Of a stretch of 64,000 nt of DNA, positions 44,623-58,100 are shown one piece after another. The notes beneath the pieces were generated by a model. The model searched no databases. It saw only the letters and a list, made by a program, of their open reading frames with translations, and was not told where the DNA came from. The number at the start of each line of letters is the position of its first letter. Positions within the stretch are counted from its first letter, which is position 1. A program made the translations under genes and the position numbers. The stretch comes from Antedon mediterranea (Eukaryota > Animalia > Echinodermata): contig NC_092675.1 of assembly GCF_964355755.1 (NCBI RefSeq), positions 5,575,812-5,639,811 of the forward strand, written 5' to 3'.

Positions 44623-45452
44623 AATTCATGGCGTTAACTTATTGCTTTATTGGAATCCAGTTTTGCTAAACCAAGTTTTCTATATCTTCATTTTGCCGAC
44701 CGAATTTGCCGAATTCAATCTTCCGAAAACATAGCATTTCGTACTATCAAATAGCTTAATGTTGTAATGACAGTGGGTCAAGTTAAGCATGGTTCCGAGT
44801 TCTAGTCGCCATTAGGCTCACTGATTTATTTCATCCTATAGTTAGGCCTATACATTTATTTTTCAGTGGGTCAAATCTGACAAATTAGATACCTTTTCGT
44901 TTAATATTTAAATTAAAACAGGAAACATCTGAATTAATATGCCTATTCGTTATGAACTATAACGTATAATGCCTTAAAAAAACAATTATTATATAAGACT
45001 TTTGATTTTATAAAGAAAGGTCAGTATGATCAGGAATACTTTGTTTATTATCCTCAAAGTTAAATTATAAAAGTGAATTAATTAAATTTCGTTGAAATTG
45101 CATCTATTAAAGTATCTCTTAAATCCGTTGAATTGAGCAATACATTTTTTTAAACTACTAAAGGTCTTGTATTCCATTCTAAATTGAATTCATTTATTTT
45201 ATGCGTCAAAGGGATCAAAATCAATATTTTCGAGTTTGGGGCTCTTCGAGGAAATATGTCTCTATTTTTATTATTAGATTGGAAGAGGCGGGATCGGCAA
45301 AGAAAAAAATCATCTTCTAAATAATCTTGTATTTAAATATTTACAGATTCTAAAGTTTATTTATTTTATGTATCGTTTTCATGCAGGTTTCATGATTGGG
45401 ATACTTTGAGGAAGAGTATCCATGTTTATATGCAGATGCAGATCCTCAATAT

Positions 45453-48400
45453 CTCCCATCGTACCATCTATCCGTTAGGACACGCCACTACTGTCATTCA
45501 TGGCCCATCTCATCGTACCTGTCCGTTTGGACACTGTCATCCAGAGCCCCTCTCATCGTACCTGTCCGTTTGGACACTGTCATCCAGGGTCCCTCTCACC
45601 GTACCTATCCGCTTGGACATGCCACTACTGTCACCAAGGGCCCCTCTCATCGTACCTATTCGTTTGGACACACCACTACTATCATCCAGAGCCTCTCTCA
45701 TCGTACCTGTCCGTTTGGACACTGTCATCCAGGGCCCCTCTCACCGTACCTATCCGTTTGGACACGTCACTACTATCATCCAGGGCCCCTCTCATCGTAC
45801 CTGCCCGTTTGGACACTGTCATCCAGGGCCCCTCTCACCGTACCTATCCGTTTGGACATGCCACTTCTATCACCCTGGGCCCCTCTCATCGTACCTGTTC
45901 GTTTGGACACTGTCTTCCAGGGCCTCTCTCATCGTACCTGTTCGTTTGGACACTGTCTTCCAGGGCCTCTCTCATCGTACCTGTTCGTTTGGACACTGTC
46001 ATCTAGGGCCATTCTCATTGTACCTGTCTGTTTGGACATGCCACTACTGTCATCCAGGGCCCTCTCACCGTACCTATCCGTGTAGACATGCCACTACTGT
46101 CACCCAGGGCCCTCTCATCGTACCTGTCCGTTTGGACACTGTCTTCCAGGGCCTCTCTCATCGTACCTGTCCGTTTGGACACTGTCATTCAGGGCCCCTC
46201 CCATCGTACCCATCATCCGCTTGAACATGCCGCTACACTGCCATTCAGGGCCACTCTCATCGTACCTGTCCGTTTGGACACTGTCTTCCTGGGCCCCTCT
46301 CACCGTACCTATCCGTTTGGATATGCCACTACTGTCATCCAGGGCCCCTCTAATCGTACCTGTCTGTTTTGGGCGCTTTCATTGTACGTATCCGTTTTTA
46401 CATGCCACGGCCCCTCTCATTGTAACTTTCCCGTTTGGACATGTCACTACTGTCATCCAGTATTCCAGGGTCCCTCTAATCGTACCTGTCCGTTTGGACA
46501 TTGTCATTCAATGCCCCTCCCATCGTACCTATCCGTTTGGACACGCCACTGTCATCCATGGCCCCTCTCATCGTACCTGTCCGTTTAAACACTGTCTTCC
46601 AGAGCCCCTCTCACCGTACCTGTCTGTTTGGACACTGCCATTCAAGGACCCTCCCATCGTACCTATCCGTTTTAACTGTCATCCAGGGCCCTCTCATCGT
46701 ACCTATCTGTTTAGCCTGTCATCCAGGGCCCTCTCATCGTACCTATCTGTTTAGCCTGTCATCCAGGGCCCCTCTCATCGTACCTATCCGTTTTAACTGT
46801 CATCCAGGGCCCTCTCATCGTACCTATCTGTTTAGCCTGTTATCCAGGGCCCCTCTCATCGTACCTATCCGTTTTAACTGTCATCCAGGGCCCTCTCATC
46901 GTACTTATCTGTTTAGCCTGTCATCCAGGGCCCCTCTCATCGTACCTATCTGTTTAACCTGTCATCCAGGGCCCCTCTCATCGTACCTATCTGTTTAGCC
47001 TGTCATCCAGGGCCCCTCTCATCGTACCTATCTGTTTAACCTGTCATCCAGGGCCCCTCTCATCGTACCTATCTGTTTAGCCTGTCATCCAGGGCCCCTC
47101 TCATCGTACCTATCTGTTTAGCCTGTCATCCAGGGCCCCTCTCATCGTACCTATCTGTTTAGCCTGTCATCCAGGGCCCTCTCATCGTACCTATCTGTTT
47201 AGCCTGTCATCCAGGGCCCCTCTCATCGTACCTATCTGTTTAGCCTGTCATCCAGGGCCCCTCTCATCGTACCTATCTGTTTAGCCTGTCATCCAGGGCC
47301 CTCTCATCGTACCTATCTGTTCAGCCTGTTATCCAGGGCCCTCTCATCGTACCTATCTGTTCAGCCTGTCATCCAGGGCCCTCTCATCGTACCTATCTGT
47401 TTAGCCTGTCATCCAGGGCCTTCTCATCGTACCTATCTGTTTAGCCTGTCATCCAGGGCCCTCTCATCGTACCTATCTGTTTAGCCTGTCATCCAGGGCC
47501 CCTCTCATCGTACCTATCTGTTTAGCCTGTCATCCAGGGCCCTCTCATCGTACCTATCTGTTTAGCCTGTCATCCAGGGCCCTCTCATCGTACCTATCTG
47601 TTTAGCCTGTCATCCAGGGCCCCTCTCATCGTACCTATCTGTTTAGCCTGTCATCCAGGGCCCCTCTCATCGTACCTATCTGTTTAGCCTGTCATCCAGG
47701 GCCCTCTCATCGTACCTATCTGTTTAGCCTGTCATCCAGGGCCCCTCTCATCGTACCTATCTGTTTAGCCTGTCATCCAGGGCCCCTCTCATCGTACCTA
47801 TCTGTTTAGCCTGTCATCCAGGGCCCCTCTCATCGTACCTATCTGTTTAGCCTGTCATCCAGGGCCCCTCTCATCGTACCTATCTGTTTAGCCTGTCATC
47901 CAGGGCCCCTCTCATCGTACCTATCTGTTTAGCCTGTCATCCAGGGCCCTCTCATCGTACCTATCTGTTTAGCCTGTCATCCAGGGCCCTCTCATCGTAC
48001 CTATCTGTTTAGCCTGTCATCCAGGGCCCCTCTCATCGTACCTATCTGTTTAGCCTGTCATCCAGGGCCCTCTCATCGTACCTATCTGTTTAGCCTGTCA
48101 TCCAGGGCCCTCTCATCGTACCTATCTGTTTAGCCTGTCATCCAGGGCCCTCTCATCGTACCTATCTGTTTAGCCTGTCATCCAGGGCCCCTCTCATCGT
48201 ACCTATCTGTTTAGCCTGTCATCCAGGGCCCTCTCATCGTACCTATCTGTTTAGCCTGTCATCCAGGGCCCCTCTCATCGTACATATCTGTTTAGCCTGT
48301 CACCCAGGGCCCCTCTCATCGTACCTATCTGTTTAGCCTGTCATCCAGGGCCCCTCTCATCGTACCTATCTGTTTAGCCTGTCATCCAGGGCCCCTCTCA

Positions 48401-48725
48401 TCGTACCTATCTGTTTAGCCTGTCATCCAGGGCCCCTCTCATCGTACCTATCTGTTTAGCCTGTCATCCAGGGCCCTCTCATCGTACCTATCTGTTTAGC
48501 CTGTCATTCAGGGCCCCTCTCATCGTACCTATCTGTTTAGCCTGTCATCCAGGGCCCTCTCATCGTAACTATCTGTTTAGCCTGTCATCCAGGGCCCCTC
48601 TCATCGTACCTATCTGTTTAGCCTGTCATCCAGGGCCCTCTCATCGTACCTATCTGTTTAGCCTGTCATCCAGGGCCCTCTCATCGTACCTATCTGTTTA
48701 GCCTGTCATCCAGGGCCCCTCTCAC
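45453..48725. repeat. 3.3-kb minisatellite: diverged 43/51-bp units grading into homogeneous 40/41-bp units (CCTGTCATCCAGGGCCC(C)TCTCATCGTACCTATCTGTTTAG)
   Basis: Read directly from the tandem units. Confidence 0.98.
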
Positions 48726-49086
48726 ACTTGAATATCAAAATTCAAAGCATCTAAATTTAACTCTATAGGGAGCTCTTATTCCTTCAAAGTTGTGTATAGC
48801 TCTGCGTATACTTTGATCCTATTGATTTCGATAATAACATTAAAAAACGTAAAAGTAATTTTTTTTTATATTAAAACTCAGATTTTATACTAAATGTCAT
48901 TTCAGAATTGAAGTAAATTTATCGAAATCCTTGAAACTAATAAAGAAAATCTACAAATGATATTCATACTAAGTACCTATACTAAACTTGTGTGTGTGCC
49001 TGCTGTGTGTGTAAGGTAGGATTCAATACAATACACAATGATAACCGTATTTTGTAGTAGGCCTACAGTTAAACAATAATCCAAAT

Positions 49087-50344
49087 CGGCTTTCCGCAAC
49101 CTATGGGTCGCGACCCAATGTTTGGCTCGCGAAAAAAATTGATGGGTCGCGAAATTGTTTCCGATACTGAAACTTAAATCAATTATACACTGATCTATAT
49201 GTGAAATGTTCTCAGTTTTGTAGAATCTACACTACATTTTACATCTACAGTTTTCCCTATGTTGACGGGAAAATGGACGCTTCTGACGCATAGTTCGTTG
49301 TTAATTTACAAGTGGGGAATCATCACAAATACTCAAATAGGTGTTGACATTTCTGCTTTAAGGGTGGGTGTCATTTAACCAAATTCGCCTTGCCACAGGC
49401 CCCACTATGTGTAATTTGTCCCATTTGTACATTTTTGATGTGCTGGCAACATTCTGCGGGTGGCAAAATGCCTATGGCCCCTTATTAATAAAGATTACTA
49501 TAACGATAGTGATTATATAAGTATCATGACCATATGTAAGGCCTATTATTATGACGATAGAAATCGCAAAGATAGCTTACCTATTAAATTAATTTAACTG
49601 TCTCAATATCTTTAAAAACAAAATAAAACAATATTTATTTCATTTAAAAAAAAGTCCGCAGAGTTTCGAACCCAAGCTAGCGCTTAGCGTATTCGAACAG
49701 AGCTTTACCAGTAACGCCACAAAGTACTGTACATGACTGAGCAGCTGACAATAGTCAATACGTACTTCATATTACGTAATTCATCGTTACGTCATAAATA
49801 TATTCATGACCGTCAAAGCTGGTATTACCTGTTCATATCCAAGATGATCGGTTACCTCAGGTGAGCAGCGCCGTGTTAACAACACGGATGTCATGGGTTC
49901 GTGGTGGAAAGAGTTAAATCTATATGCTACTGTGTTTGGGGTTCACAGAATAATACGTCCCCTGTTCCACCACACAGGCAAGTCAATGCATCTCTGGTGA
50001 TGCCGTGGAAACGAGACAATGTCTCTACCACAGCATTGAGGTCGTTTCCACGACATTACCAGATGTATGGAGAGGACTATGACAATACGTCGTCCCGATA
50101 ATATAAATGGGTCACTTAACTTTTGGTTCAGTCAGTGTGTTTTTTCTTCTGTGGATTCGATCTCGTAAATGTTATGCTTAGCGCCCTCAATTTTAAGAAC
50201 ACAAATACATGTAAGCAAATTAGGATGCCGATGGGTTGTGTGGGGCGGGGGAGGTTGGTGGTTCTGATGAAAGATCAAATACGCAATGTTGGGTCGCGAA
50301 AATTCCCAAATAGGATCATGGGGTCAACAGATTGCGAAACGCTG
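49087..50344. mobile_element. hAT-Charlie-like non-autonomous element with nested repeats
   Basis: TIRs match 12/16 (CGGCTTTCCGCAACCT vs CAGCGTTTCGCAATCT); subterminal GGGTCGCGA motifs; 8-bp TSD ATCCAAAT/ATCTAAAT. Confidence 0.75.
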
Positions 50345-51748
50345 ATCTAAATGGTGAAAACATGGTATGATATGGTTACTAATGTTATAAATTATACTTT
50401 TCGCCTGTCAAAAACAGCATCGCGACAAGAACAGAATTTCAGCAGCAGCGTGATCGGGAGCGTGATCGTGGAAGATTTTACGTGATCATATACTCCCTAG
50501 CATAATTTTACAAAAACAGTTGCACCCTATTGGGGAAAAGTGTCTATTTACGCAATACTGCGCAATGTATACTCGATAAAAATGCTAGAAATAGAAAGAA
50601 AAAAATTACATTAAAAAAAACCATTTAGGATTTTTTTAGTTAAGAAATTACTTTGTTAGGATTATTCAAATATACCCCCTCTTTCTCACATGGGTAAAAG
50701 AATAGGAAATTACAATTTTTTTCGAGAAAGTCCTACACATTGAAAACAATTTCCAAAAATATATGAAGTATGAGTGATGATATTTTAAAATAACAGTAGA
50801 AATATATAAAAAATAGAAATATAGCTCTATCGCGTTGTCAAGTTGTCATAGCTGATGTTTCATGTACTGTAAAAATGAGTAGGCCTCTTAATTTTGTACA
50901 TTTTGCGCGTTTTCACAGCAGCGCTTATGAACTCAAATACATCTAACTCTATCATTTAATACACTTTATCATCCTAATGAACAGTTAATTTGCACACTTA
51001 ATTATCATTTCTTACGTAATGTTCCTGTGTTCTATCATCTGGTGAACATTCTTTTTCAAATCTGGCCCGACTAAGTAGAACAACCTTACTAATACAATCA
51101 CGAAATTCGCCATCAGTGACACATTTCATAATCTCTTTTAAAAAACACCCTTATTTTTCTCGTAATAGTAACATTTGTCTGATGATCGGCGGAAAACACT
51201 TTGATTCCTGAACATGCGGTAGGTTAAATGCTAATGTTATATTAGTCTACCTAATTTATGTACTTTATCCGGTTTAAAAAATTCCAAATAGGTCAAAATC
51301 TAAAAGGTAAATGAAGTTGCTTCAGTGTGAAAGTCTTTTACATTGTGTTTTTGCCATTGATATGTCTTTTGTTAGGTCTCTTAAGTAATCAAGCTAATGT
51401 TATTACAACGTTTGGAAAATTTCCCGTGATGATTCTATGGCACATTTCATTGGAAATAGTTAAAGAATCATATCATAATAATAAACTGTATTGTTAAGAG
51501 ACACAGCACAAAAGAAAGCTATCTCCAGCTGTCAGATGAAACTGATGATTTCCTCTTAGGGCTATTTCCCATCAGCGGTCTCTTTAGACTTCGAAAGTAA
51601 TAATAATAAATACGTATTATATCGTTTATTATAAATAAACATTGTCGTAAAAGCAAAATTAACAAATAACTACCAGGACATTGCTATATAATACAAACAG
51701 ACATTAAAAATAGAAAAGAATAGAGATACATTCACGATATTGTCGTAA

Positions 51749-52199
51749 TGCTTTCCCACTAGAGACGCAAGGACGTAATGCAACGTAAGGGATTTGACCA
51801 ATCACAAGCGATGGATTTATTCGACTGTCACTTGTCATTGGTCAACACGCTTGCGTTGCGGTTACGTCCTTGCAATGCGTGATAGAGGGAACCAAGCTAA
51901 AGCGTGGTTCCCACTAGCGACGCAACGCAAGGACGTAAAGCAACGGAAGTGAATTGACCAATCACAAGCGATGGCTTATTCGCTTGTGATTGCTAACTGT
52001 CTATATCTTCGCTTGTCATTGCGTTACGTTCTAGTGGGAACCAAGCTTAAAGCTTGCTTCCCAGCGCAAGAACGCAAAGTCAGCGGGTTGACCAATGACA
52101 ACCGACTGTTCGAATAATCCGTCGCTTGTGATTGAGCAATCTAATTTACGTTGCGTTACGGTACGTTTGCTGCGTTGCGTCTCTAGTGGGAACTAAGCT
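51749..52199. mobile_element. Three abutting copies of MITE family A
   Basis: Copies at ~51749-51898, 51901-52047 and 52051-52199, separated by AA and TAA. Confidence 0.85.
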
Positions 52200-53229
52200 T
52201 TAGACTCACACTACACAAACGTATTATATCAGCGTCAGAATGTAAAAATGTCACCAGCAATACATGTTATTTATAACAATTCATCTTCAATATACAATTT
52301 TGGCCAGATAAACATCATCATCATCATTTTGTTTTATTCATATGTATTTTGAAATAAAATGTACTCATTCTATTTTCCATTTTAATATTTGGACAAACTA
52401 AATTGAATCTTGAATCATTATTGATTGCAATAATATAGTAGGTCTACATTAATAGATAACAATTTATTTAATATGTTAGTTCGACAACATTCAAAGTGTT
52501 CAAAATGTTTTGAATTATGCGTATTCTAATGAGGAATTGAAGAAAATGCAACAAGGGAAGTATACTGGATCAAGTGTGTGGTTAAATAATACAGAAAGGG
52601 AAAGAAGATCATGCATTCAGTACAGTACAGATATCTCGCATCGTTAAATATATTTTGCTTTTTAGGGGCATTGAAAAGCGAAAACCAATATTTAATGGCT
52701 GTATTAAAATGTAATTTAATATAATCAATATAACCACGGGATACGTAAACAAGATACCATGATAATGATGTCATATCCAGATACACTGTAAACAAACAAC
52801 ACCCTATAATCAATGGATTTATAAATAGTAAATGTACATGATTGGTTAAAGAACGCCTACGTAGGCGCACGACCAATCATCATCTTATTTATTAACGATG
52901 AGTTCGCATTGTGTTACTGTTACTGTTGACTGTGAAATATTGTAATTGTATATTTACAGTATTATGAGTATTTTAGCCTCATTGGTGATATTTAGTAGAG
53001 TTTGCATTATAATAGTAGGCAATATGAAAAGTCTTGTGGTGATTAAATTAAAAACGACGCTAACGTTTATATTGTCAAGCCTGACAGATGCGATCGCTGC
53101 GGAAACGAAAACATCATCACTACATGTTCGCCACCATCAAAGCATGAAGTAGATTATAACTATACTGTATTATTATTACGGAACTCATAAAAGCGAGTGT
53201 CGGGGGTTCGAACCCTACGCTGTCGGAAC

Positions 53230-53479
53230 GTTCCGTGGTGGAATAGAGTTAAAGCTATGCGAACTACTGTGTTTGGGGTTCATAGAATTATACGTCCCTC
53301 TTTCCACCAAAGCATGAGGCAGAGCAACATCAATGCATCTGATGTCATGGAAACGTAGCAGGGCCGTAGTGCTGGGGCAGGGAGAGCACACCATAACATT
53401 TTTTTTTCTGTGGCTTACGCGCGCCACATCCTTCGATCTCGTAAACTTTATGTTTATACGCCCTCAATTTTAAGAACAC
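53230..53479 (+). repeat. Interspersed repeat also present at ~49897-50202
   Basis: Shared GTGGTGGAA..GAGTTAAA..CTACTGTGTTTGGGGTTCA.AGAAT.ATACGTCCC and TTCGATCTCGTAAA..CGCCCTCAATTTTAAGAACAC. Confidence 0.8.
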
Positions 53480-54489
53480 CTGCGTTTTAATGTCAGAAAA
53501 TTAGGAACAAATATTATAGAACATTAAAAAAGATGCATATGTCTACCCCAACTTCAAAGTTGGAATAACCCGCTGTCGGGCTAGGCATATGAAGCCGATT
53601 AAAACGATATTAAACAATACTTTTTTTTGTTTAAATGTGTAAAAGCATGGTTTCTCGCGGGCCATCATGTCGATCCATCAAGACCTTGTTGAAATAATTT
53701 GGTACTTTTTAAAACAAGAATTTAAATGCAAAATATGTAAAGGCTACACAAGAACTGAAGACATTCAAGAAAGCTAACACTTTAAGCACTACAAGAATAT
53801 AACATTTATGAAAAATTCTCAGAACTAAAAGTATCGTTTTTTTGCTTGGAACCATTGTCTTGGAATTAATCCTCATTTTGTATAAACGAAACTCAGGCGT
53901 TGTACTCTGCCAATCCTTCTCTTTTTCAACAAGTTCAGTGCATGCAGTGTGTCATAGTCATTTATTATAGGGCTCAGATTGTGTAAATAAAATTGAAAAA
54001 TTTAACTCAGCAACCGAAAACAAATTACACAACAGCTAGTGACAATTGTCAGTCAATACATGAATTAAATGTCGTTAGAACTATTTGAAATAGGCCTACA
54101 TGATCCTGAATGACAGTGTCATCGTTTTTTATGGTGGAATAGTCATTCAAACTGCGACATATCAAGGTAACGGGAAGGGTGTGGGATTCAGTCAAGTCAT
54201 TTTCATAATATATCGTGCATTATCACCATACAATACATACTTACTGTATTATTCAAATTAGCTATAGCTAAAATTATTTATTATATAAATTAAATGAATA
54301 CATGTTTTATTGTTAGATCTATGATGAATATATTATCATTATTGTTGCCCAAAAATTAGGATGAAATAATAATAAAACCATTTATAATTAGTAGCCATGT
54401 GATAGTGGACGAATTAGTATTAATATTTTTTAATAAAGCCTAAACGATCAGTGATATTGTAAGTTTAGTATTTTGGGGTTATGTACCCA

Positions 54490-54550
54490 GAGCTCCGCCC
54501 ATCTAAACCTTCAATCAATCTAGGACCGGCCTACTTGTTGTGACATCATA
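54490..54550 (+). promoter_or_regulatory. Putative promoter elements of the neuregulin-like gene (GC box CTCCGCCC; CRE-like TGACATCA)
   Basis: Motifs in a locally GC/CpG-richer patch about 250-310 bp upstream of the ATG. Confidence 0.35.
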
Positions 54551-54802
54551 CATGGCACAACACAGTGTACGCTGTCGTGTGCTTAGCACCGTCTTCTTCC
54601 GGGTGTAACGTTGTTTTGCAGTAATAGTTTAACTCAAAAGAACCGCCTGTCATTTGAGTCTAGCTAACACGTTGGATAAGACATCCAGGCTAGTCGTACA
54701 TAAAGACAAGAGAACATATATATTATATATATATATACAACAGATATATATATATTTATTTATTAATTTGCCTTCGGATAACATTAATTCGCTAACTTTA
54801 AC

Positions 54803-55199
54803 ATGTGGAGGACGTTATTTACGTTGTGTTTTTTCGCGATTTGTGGTACGTATGTTTGCCAGGCGTGTGTACCTGATGAGAATGATGAATTTAGCATAGA
54901 ATCAAAGACATACTTGGCTCCAATTGTAGTTGATGCCAAAGTTGTATCCTGGAACAAGGGTATGCCTGCTACTGTTAACAAGAACAGAGTACTAAAAGGA
55001 GAGTTCATCAACAGTAAAGAATTTATAGTTGTAGGACTAGGAACTGATGAGCCTTGCATCATAGAACCTATGATAGAGACGAGACATTATTTATTTTTCT
55101 TAAATATCTCGGATGATGGGAATTACGTGGTAGTAGCAAATCCAGTCGAGTCAACTTCGAATAATAAAAGGAAAGTACGGCATTTCTTGAAAGAAGAAG
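54803..55199 (+). CDS. Pro-neuregulin-2/vein-like secreted ligand, first coding exon (signal peptide plus N-terminal NtA-like domain); the gene probably continues beyond the window
   Basis: Hydrophobic signal peptide ending CQA|C; SIESKTYLAPIVVDAKV resembles the NRG2 N-terminal SVQDQAYKAPVVVEGKV motif; C...YLFFL; donor GAAG|gtatgt in phase 1. Confidence 0.75.
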
Positions 55200-58100
55200 G
55201 TATGTAAATTTACATAGTAGATTTGGAAATAATAAATAGCGCTATTAATTAAAATTAATTCTGATATAATAAATAACAATGATTACACAATACGGTTATC
55301 GCTGATGCAATTTTTAGCAAAAAATTAGCAACTACCGTAATACATACTAAAACATAATACTCAATTTGAGCAGAAATGCTGTCGATATACTATAAAAATA
55401 ATATTGTATAATTATTTTTCATTCATTTGCATTATGCGCAGCAGCAGAAAAGACATGGATTTATATGTACAGTAACGTACAGTTTGTTAACGACCAGTCC
55501 GTGTATCATTCATGTCTGAATCATGGAGTAGAACTATTTTTGTTCTAATTAATGTATCTGAAACCTTACTGGTGATGTTGTTTGCTTTGAAATGTGTTTT
55601 ACACAACATTCATTAAGTCTAACCTTCGATAGTCGCCAACAATGCATTTTTCACAATGACGACAACAATGGCAGCAGCATCGAGACACGAACATTGATGT
55701 GGAACAAAAATGAATATAGTAAAAAATATGCATCTTGTATTATATCATTATACTGTCTTTTAATTATTGTTTAACACATACAAAATAGTAAAAGAAATGT
55801 GTGCAGTAGCCTTGTTTGTAGTGTACAGTATCCAAGAATATTTAAATGGATTAATTTTGATTTTAAAAGAAAGAAATAGAAATGTTTTATGTCCGCATCA
55901 AATACCGGTACTAATGATGATACTTTTGTAACCTCTTGATTGCAAATAATTCTGATTTGTACTTTATGACCGCAAAAAAAGAAAATCGCAACTCTGTAGG
56001 TCTGAAAATGAACCAAGTACAGTCAATCAGGTCTTTGTATTTAGTACTCAAGATATAACAATGGATTATCAATACATAATATCAGGCACACACCTATTGT
56101 GTTAAAGGCTTATAGTTCTTGTGGTAAATTTATTAGTATAATCATTTTTAAAATAAATCCTTTCATACCCATATACAATTCAACTGAAGGATGTGGTGTA
56201 AAAGTAAACAATTTTCAAAATCCCACCCAGCTTTTCATATTATATGCAGTAACAACTGGTATGTAAACTATTTTTGTTAACAAAGATTATTTATGTATGT
56301 TTAAAAGATAGATATGTGCACATTATATAGAAAAATACATTACTGGGGCAGACAAAAGTATGTATCAAGTACTTAAAGGTGTGGTTAAATGTGTTAAACA
56401 TTAGCATACATTTATTAGGACCAGATACTGTAGGTTGTGTTTGAAGATCGCCTGAGATTAATTATCTGAAAATAAAAATGGTGGTCTTTCTGTGTAATCC
56501 AGATCAGTATTTAGTAACTATCCAGAGATTGTGATCCATGAACAAAAAATAGATGTTCATTTTCTTTGTTTAAAAAAAAGTCATACAACTCTAGCTAGCA
56601 CAGAAATATTGCAGGTAGATTTACATTGAACTATGCTTACCTTTAGTGAGCATGGTAAAGCATGTGCCTGTTATAATGGAATCTACACAATTCTTTGTTC
56701 TGTGATATTTCCTATTATATAATCAAGCTTTTGATTTTAGTATTCCACAGAAAACAGGTTGATTTGTCATTAGTCCAGACCCTTTAATTACAACCACACT
56801 AATCAAATGTAAAATCCTTTTTTGCTTACCTGGATTCTAGGCCTATGAAACCTGTGGAATGCAGGTTTTAATATCATTTATCAAGGCTGGCCAGGGTGTA
56901 GTGATACAATTACAGGCTCTAGGTGTTTTATCATTCCTATAATCTCCCTATCTGTTTACCAAAGTTGTATTTTTAGTGTGGAATGTACTATTAAGAATTA
57001 TATTAACTGTCGTGTACAGTGGTTGATACAGATTTGAATCCAAAAAAGTAGAAATGACCTTGGTATACTGCTAGAGTGATCTACTGTGGGGTTATAGCCA
57101 TTTTCAAATATTGAATGGACCGTACCATTGAAATTATAAAAAAATATACTGTATTTATTTCTGACTTCCTATGAAAATGTATTATGAATCTATTCAATTC
57201 AGTGCCAGTATTTTTAAATATGTACATTACTATGGAAAAAATATTATAAGACAAAAAAAAATCAGCCTTGATGTCTGAGATGAAGCCCCAAATAGAACAG
57301 CAGTAGATAACAACTATCGTGCCAGCCATATATTTCCTTACATAATCCTCCGAGATCATACCTTTATGTGTAATCTGTCTAAAAAAACCACACAGTTGAT
57401 GTGCATGTCTGTGTCGGGAGGGGTGAAGTCTGTCCTTGGTGGTGATTATTTTTTTGGATAATGCTGTGTTTAGAATAATTCAATTTTGCTGTAGGTTGTG
57501 TGGGATGGCTTGGAAGTGTGCAGTCCATGTGGTTTGCAGGTTTTAATTCATAGTCTCATTTCATTGTAAAATGCTAGTCATTGAGTTATTTTTAAATGAA
57601 TATTCATAGTTGGCAACCTTTCTTCACAATTTTAAGATTTCTCTATATACAGTACTATCATTTGTTACAATTTCAACTGATAATATATTATTATTCAGTA
57701 CTTCAACGATACTATTTCTGTTAATGTGGAAATATTGTTGTTTTATATTAATTAAAAGAACACTTCCGAGGACAGCCTTGAACAAGTTCCAATTTTAAGG
57801 CTATGGGTTTTCTGCACCCCTGCCTTAACTGGTTGGCCACTCGACTCGACAAAAAGGAGTTGCTTTTAAATTATATGGTGGCATTGGCACATAATATAGT
57901 CCGTACAGAAAGTTAACATAAATAATTTGTATTATCTATAAAGGTTCTTTAAAGTAAATAATACTGATGATAAATACTGACCTATTGAGTAAAAAGTAAA
58001 CTTAAAACGGTACCCTTTCAGATAATTAATTAATCAATTGTTGTTCACATCAATTACTATCATAATTTATGTAATTAGTCTGCTTTTTGATGTTTTGATT

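Noticed and set aside
45453-48725. CRISPR-like array or coding ORFs (overlapping ORFs at 45396-46998)
   Set aside because: The repeats are contiguous with no unique spacers, there are no cas genes, and the context is eukaryotic. The ORFs are frame-cycling translations of the repeat unit.
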